DNA of 17,827 nt, from NCBI GenBank assembly GCA_034722435.1, contig JAYENX010000011.1:1-17827 (forward strand), written 5' to 3'. The translations under genes were made by a program, and so were the position numbers. Below the pieces are notes generated by a model that was given only the letters and a program-made list of their open reading frames with translations, did not search any database and had not been told where the DNA came from. Origin of the DNA: Nanobdellota archaeon (GTDB lineage: Archaea; Nanobdellota; Nanobdellia; Woesearchaeales; JAHWHD01). Below, piece after piece: positions 16,928-17,827 of this stretch (positions within the stretch are counted from its first letter, which is position 1; each line of letters begins with the position of its first letter).

Positions 16928-16946
16928 CCAAATCAAAATGATTTGG
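16928..16946. repeat. Perfect 8-bp inverted repeat (CCAAATCA-AAA-TGATTTGG) in the tRNA-Asp/tRNA-Lys spacer
   Basis: Read directly; extends by two G-C pairs with a 1-nt bulge. Confidence 0.85.
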
Positions 16947-16970
16947 ACCAGGCTAACGCCCTGGCCGGGA

Positions 16971-16992
16971 CTTTCAGGATCATCACAATCTT
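16971..16992 (-). other. tRNA-Asp T-loop intron (59/60), 22 nt
   Basis: AAGATTGTGATGATCCTGAAAG; central helix UUCA/UGAA; bulges AA^A and AG^U; inner GAUU/GAUC helix. Confidence 0.9.
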
Positions 16993-17032
16993 TTTGAACC
17001 CGGGTCGAAGCCTCGACAGGGCTTCATGATAG

Positions 17033-17052
17033 TTCTCGCATTTAAGCAATGT
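17033..17052 (-). other. tRNA-Asp D-loop intron (20/20a), 20 nt
   Basis: ACATTGCTTAAATGCGAGAA; central helix CUCG/CGAG; outer helix CAUU/AAUG; bulges GC^A and AA^C. Confidence 0.9.
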
Positions 17053-17269
17053 GCCGAGCTACACTACCAGGGCATAAAACATCTTTTTTGTGAGTCGATA
17101 AGCTATAAGAAGCTTATTTAACCCATAAGAAAGATATTTCTAGCATGTTTCGTTGAGAAAAAGTAGTGATATATAAATGTTTCTATTCTTTTCATATTAA
17201 TACATATATTCTATAGATTTTCTAGACTTTATAGTTTATAAATTTTGTGGAAAACTAGGTGGAAAATAA

Positions 17270-17277
17270 TATAAATA
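17270..17277 (+). promoter_or_regulatory. Putative BRE/TATA (GGAAAA...TATAAATA) for the downstream hypothetical gene
   Basis: TATA lies 21-28 nt upstream of ATG 17298, with a purine-rich BRE-like run at 17261-17266. Confidence 0.5.
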
Positions 17278-17297
17278 TATTCTTATTTCTAAATTAT

Positions 17298-17654
17298 ATG
17301 GTAGATGCTAATTATTTTACAAGTGCAAAGTCTTCTTTTTTTTTAGGTTGTGGGTATGGATTTGATAGGTTGATGCATAAACCGGTATTAAATATATATG
17401 TTCCATCTGAAGATATGATTATTCAGACAAGTCATTGTTTGGATCCTTTTGAGAGGGATAGACTACTGTATGATGTTATTATTGGTGACACAGCTACTGA
17501 ATATTTTAAGAAATTTGGGAATGATACAACTAAGTTCGATGTTTCTGAAAATTTAATTAAGTGGGCGAAACAATATCATGCCGCTGCACGGGATTCGCCT
17601 CAAGAGCTTTCTGATTTATTTGAAACAACACCCTTAACTATATTATCTGATTGA
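17298..17654 (+). CDS. Hypothetical protein (start 17298 preferred over GTG 17259)
   Basis: Open frame with protein-like composition; the upstream extension overlaps the TATA box. No family recognised. Confidence 0.7.
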   Translation: MVDANYFTSAKSSFFLGCGYGFDRLMHKPVLNIYVPSEDMIIQTSHCLDPFERDRLLYDVIIGDTATEYFKKFGNDTTKFDVSENLIKWAKQYHAAARDSPQELSDLFETTPLTILSD

Positions 17655-17714
17655 TAAATTTCTTTGTTATTTTAGTTGTAATGTTATATGTATAATGAGT
17701 ATAAAAGAAATATA

Positions 17715-17827
17715 TCCCCGCCGCCGGACTTGAACCAGCAACCTTGCGGTATCGGCTGACTTGTTGTCATAGTGTGTTTGATAACAATCTCAAACAAGTG
17801 ATATAATCTACAGCCGCACGCTCTACC
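17715..17827 (-). tRNA. tRNA-Tyr(GUA), 5'-truncated by the window, with a 57-nt intron at 37/38 (17751-17807)
   Basis: GGTAGAGCG-TGCGG-CTGTAG^ACCGCA-AGGTT-GCTGG-TTCAAGT-CCGGC-GGCGGGG-A. G72 with A73 matches the archaeal Tyr identity (C1:G72, A73); anticodon at 17809-17811. Confidence 0.92.

Larger units (their letters stand above)
16957..17073 (-). tRNA. tRNA-Asp(GUC) with two non-canonical BHB introns
   Basis: Removing 17033-17052 and 16971-16992 gives the 75-nt GCCCTGGTAGTGTAGCTCGGCCTATCATGAAGCCCTGTCGAGGCTTCGACCCGGGTTCAAATCCCGGCCAGGGCG with G73 discriminator; anticodon at 17015-17017; no encoded CCA. Confidence 0.95.

Noticed and set aside
16982-17790. 9/10 match between the tRNA-Asp T-loop intron (AGATTGTGAT) and the tRNA-Tyr intron (AGATTGTTAT), suggesting intron transposition
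   Set aside because: Too short and AT-rich to exclude chance given the number of possible alignments.
17775-17796. GTTTGA...TCAAAC and GTTTCAAAC (16810-16818) resemble CRISPR repeat termini
   Set aside because: Single copies, no spacers, no cas genes; explained as intron hairpins.
17751-17807. Box C/D guide RNA within the tRNA-Tyr intron (as in archaeal tRNA-Trp introns)
   Set aside because: No RUGAUGA box C or terminal CUGA box D in the correct order on the sense strand.

Overview
AT-rich archaeal chromosomal window. The lineage is probably DPANN (Woesearchaeota/Pacearchaeota-like), inferred from split rpoB''/rpoB' and rpoA'/rpoA'', low GC by eye and a Dph2 lacking its N-terminal domain; this was not verified phylogenetically. 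The right half is the minus-strand cluster tRNA-Asp, tRNA-Lys, rpoH, rpoB'', rpoB', rpoA', rpoA'', rpl30e, nusA, rps12, rps7, with a 5'-truncated tRNA-Tyr at the window edge. The strongest hidden signal is in the tRNAs. Read by hand, tRNA-Lys(UUU) carries three bulge-helix-bulge (BHB) introns (19/20, 37/38, 59/60). tRNA-Asp(GUC) carries two non-canonical introns (20/20a, 59/60). tRNA-Tyr(GUA) carries a 57-nt 37/38 intron with an aberrant splice helix. The left half holds pth2, an exported CPHC thioredoxin-fold protein, an unannotated 28-aa ORF with promoter and SD signals, a U32 Fe-S hydroxylase with a poly-Asn insert, a 40-Cys repeat lipoprotein, a two-domain Dph2, an APC permease fused to a SAM-methyltransferase domain, and a DUF1704/MATCAP-family peptidase. 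No CRISPR array, rRNA or mobile element was seen.
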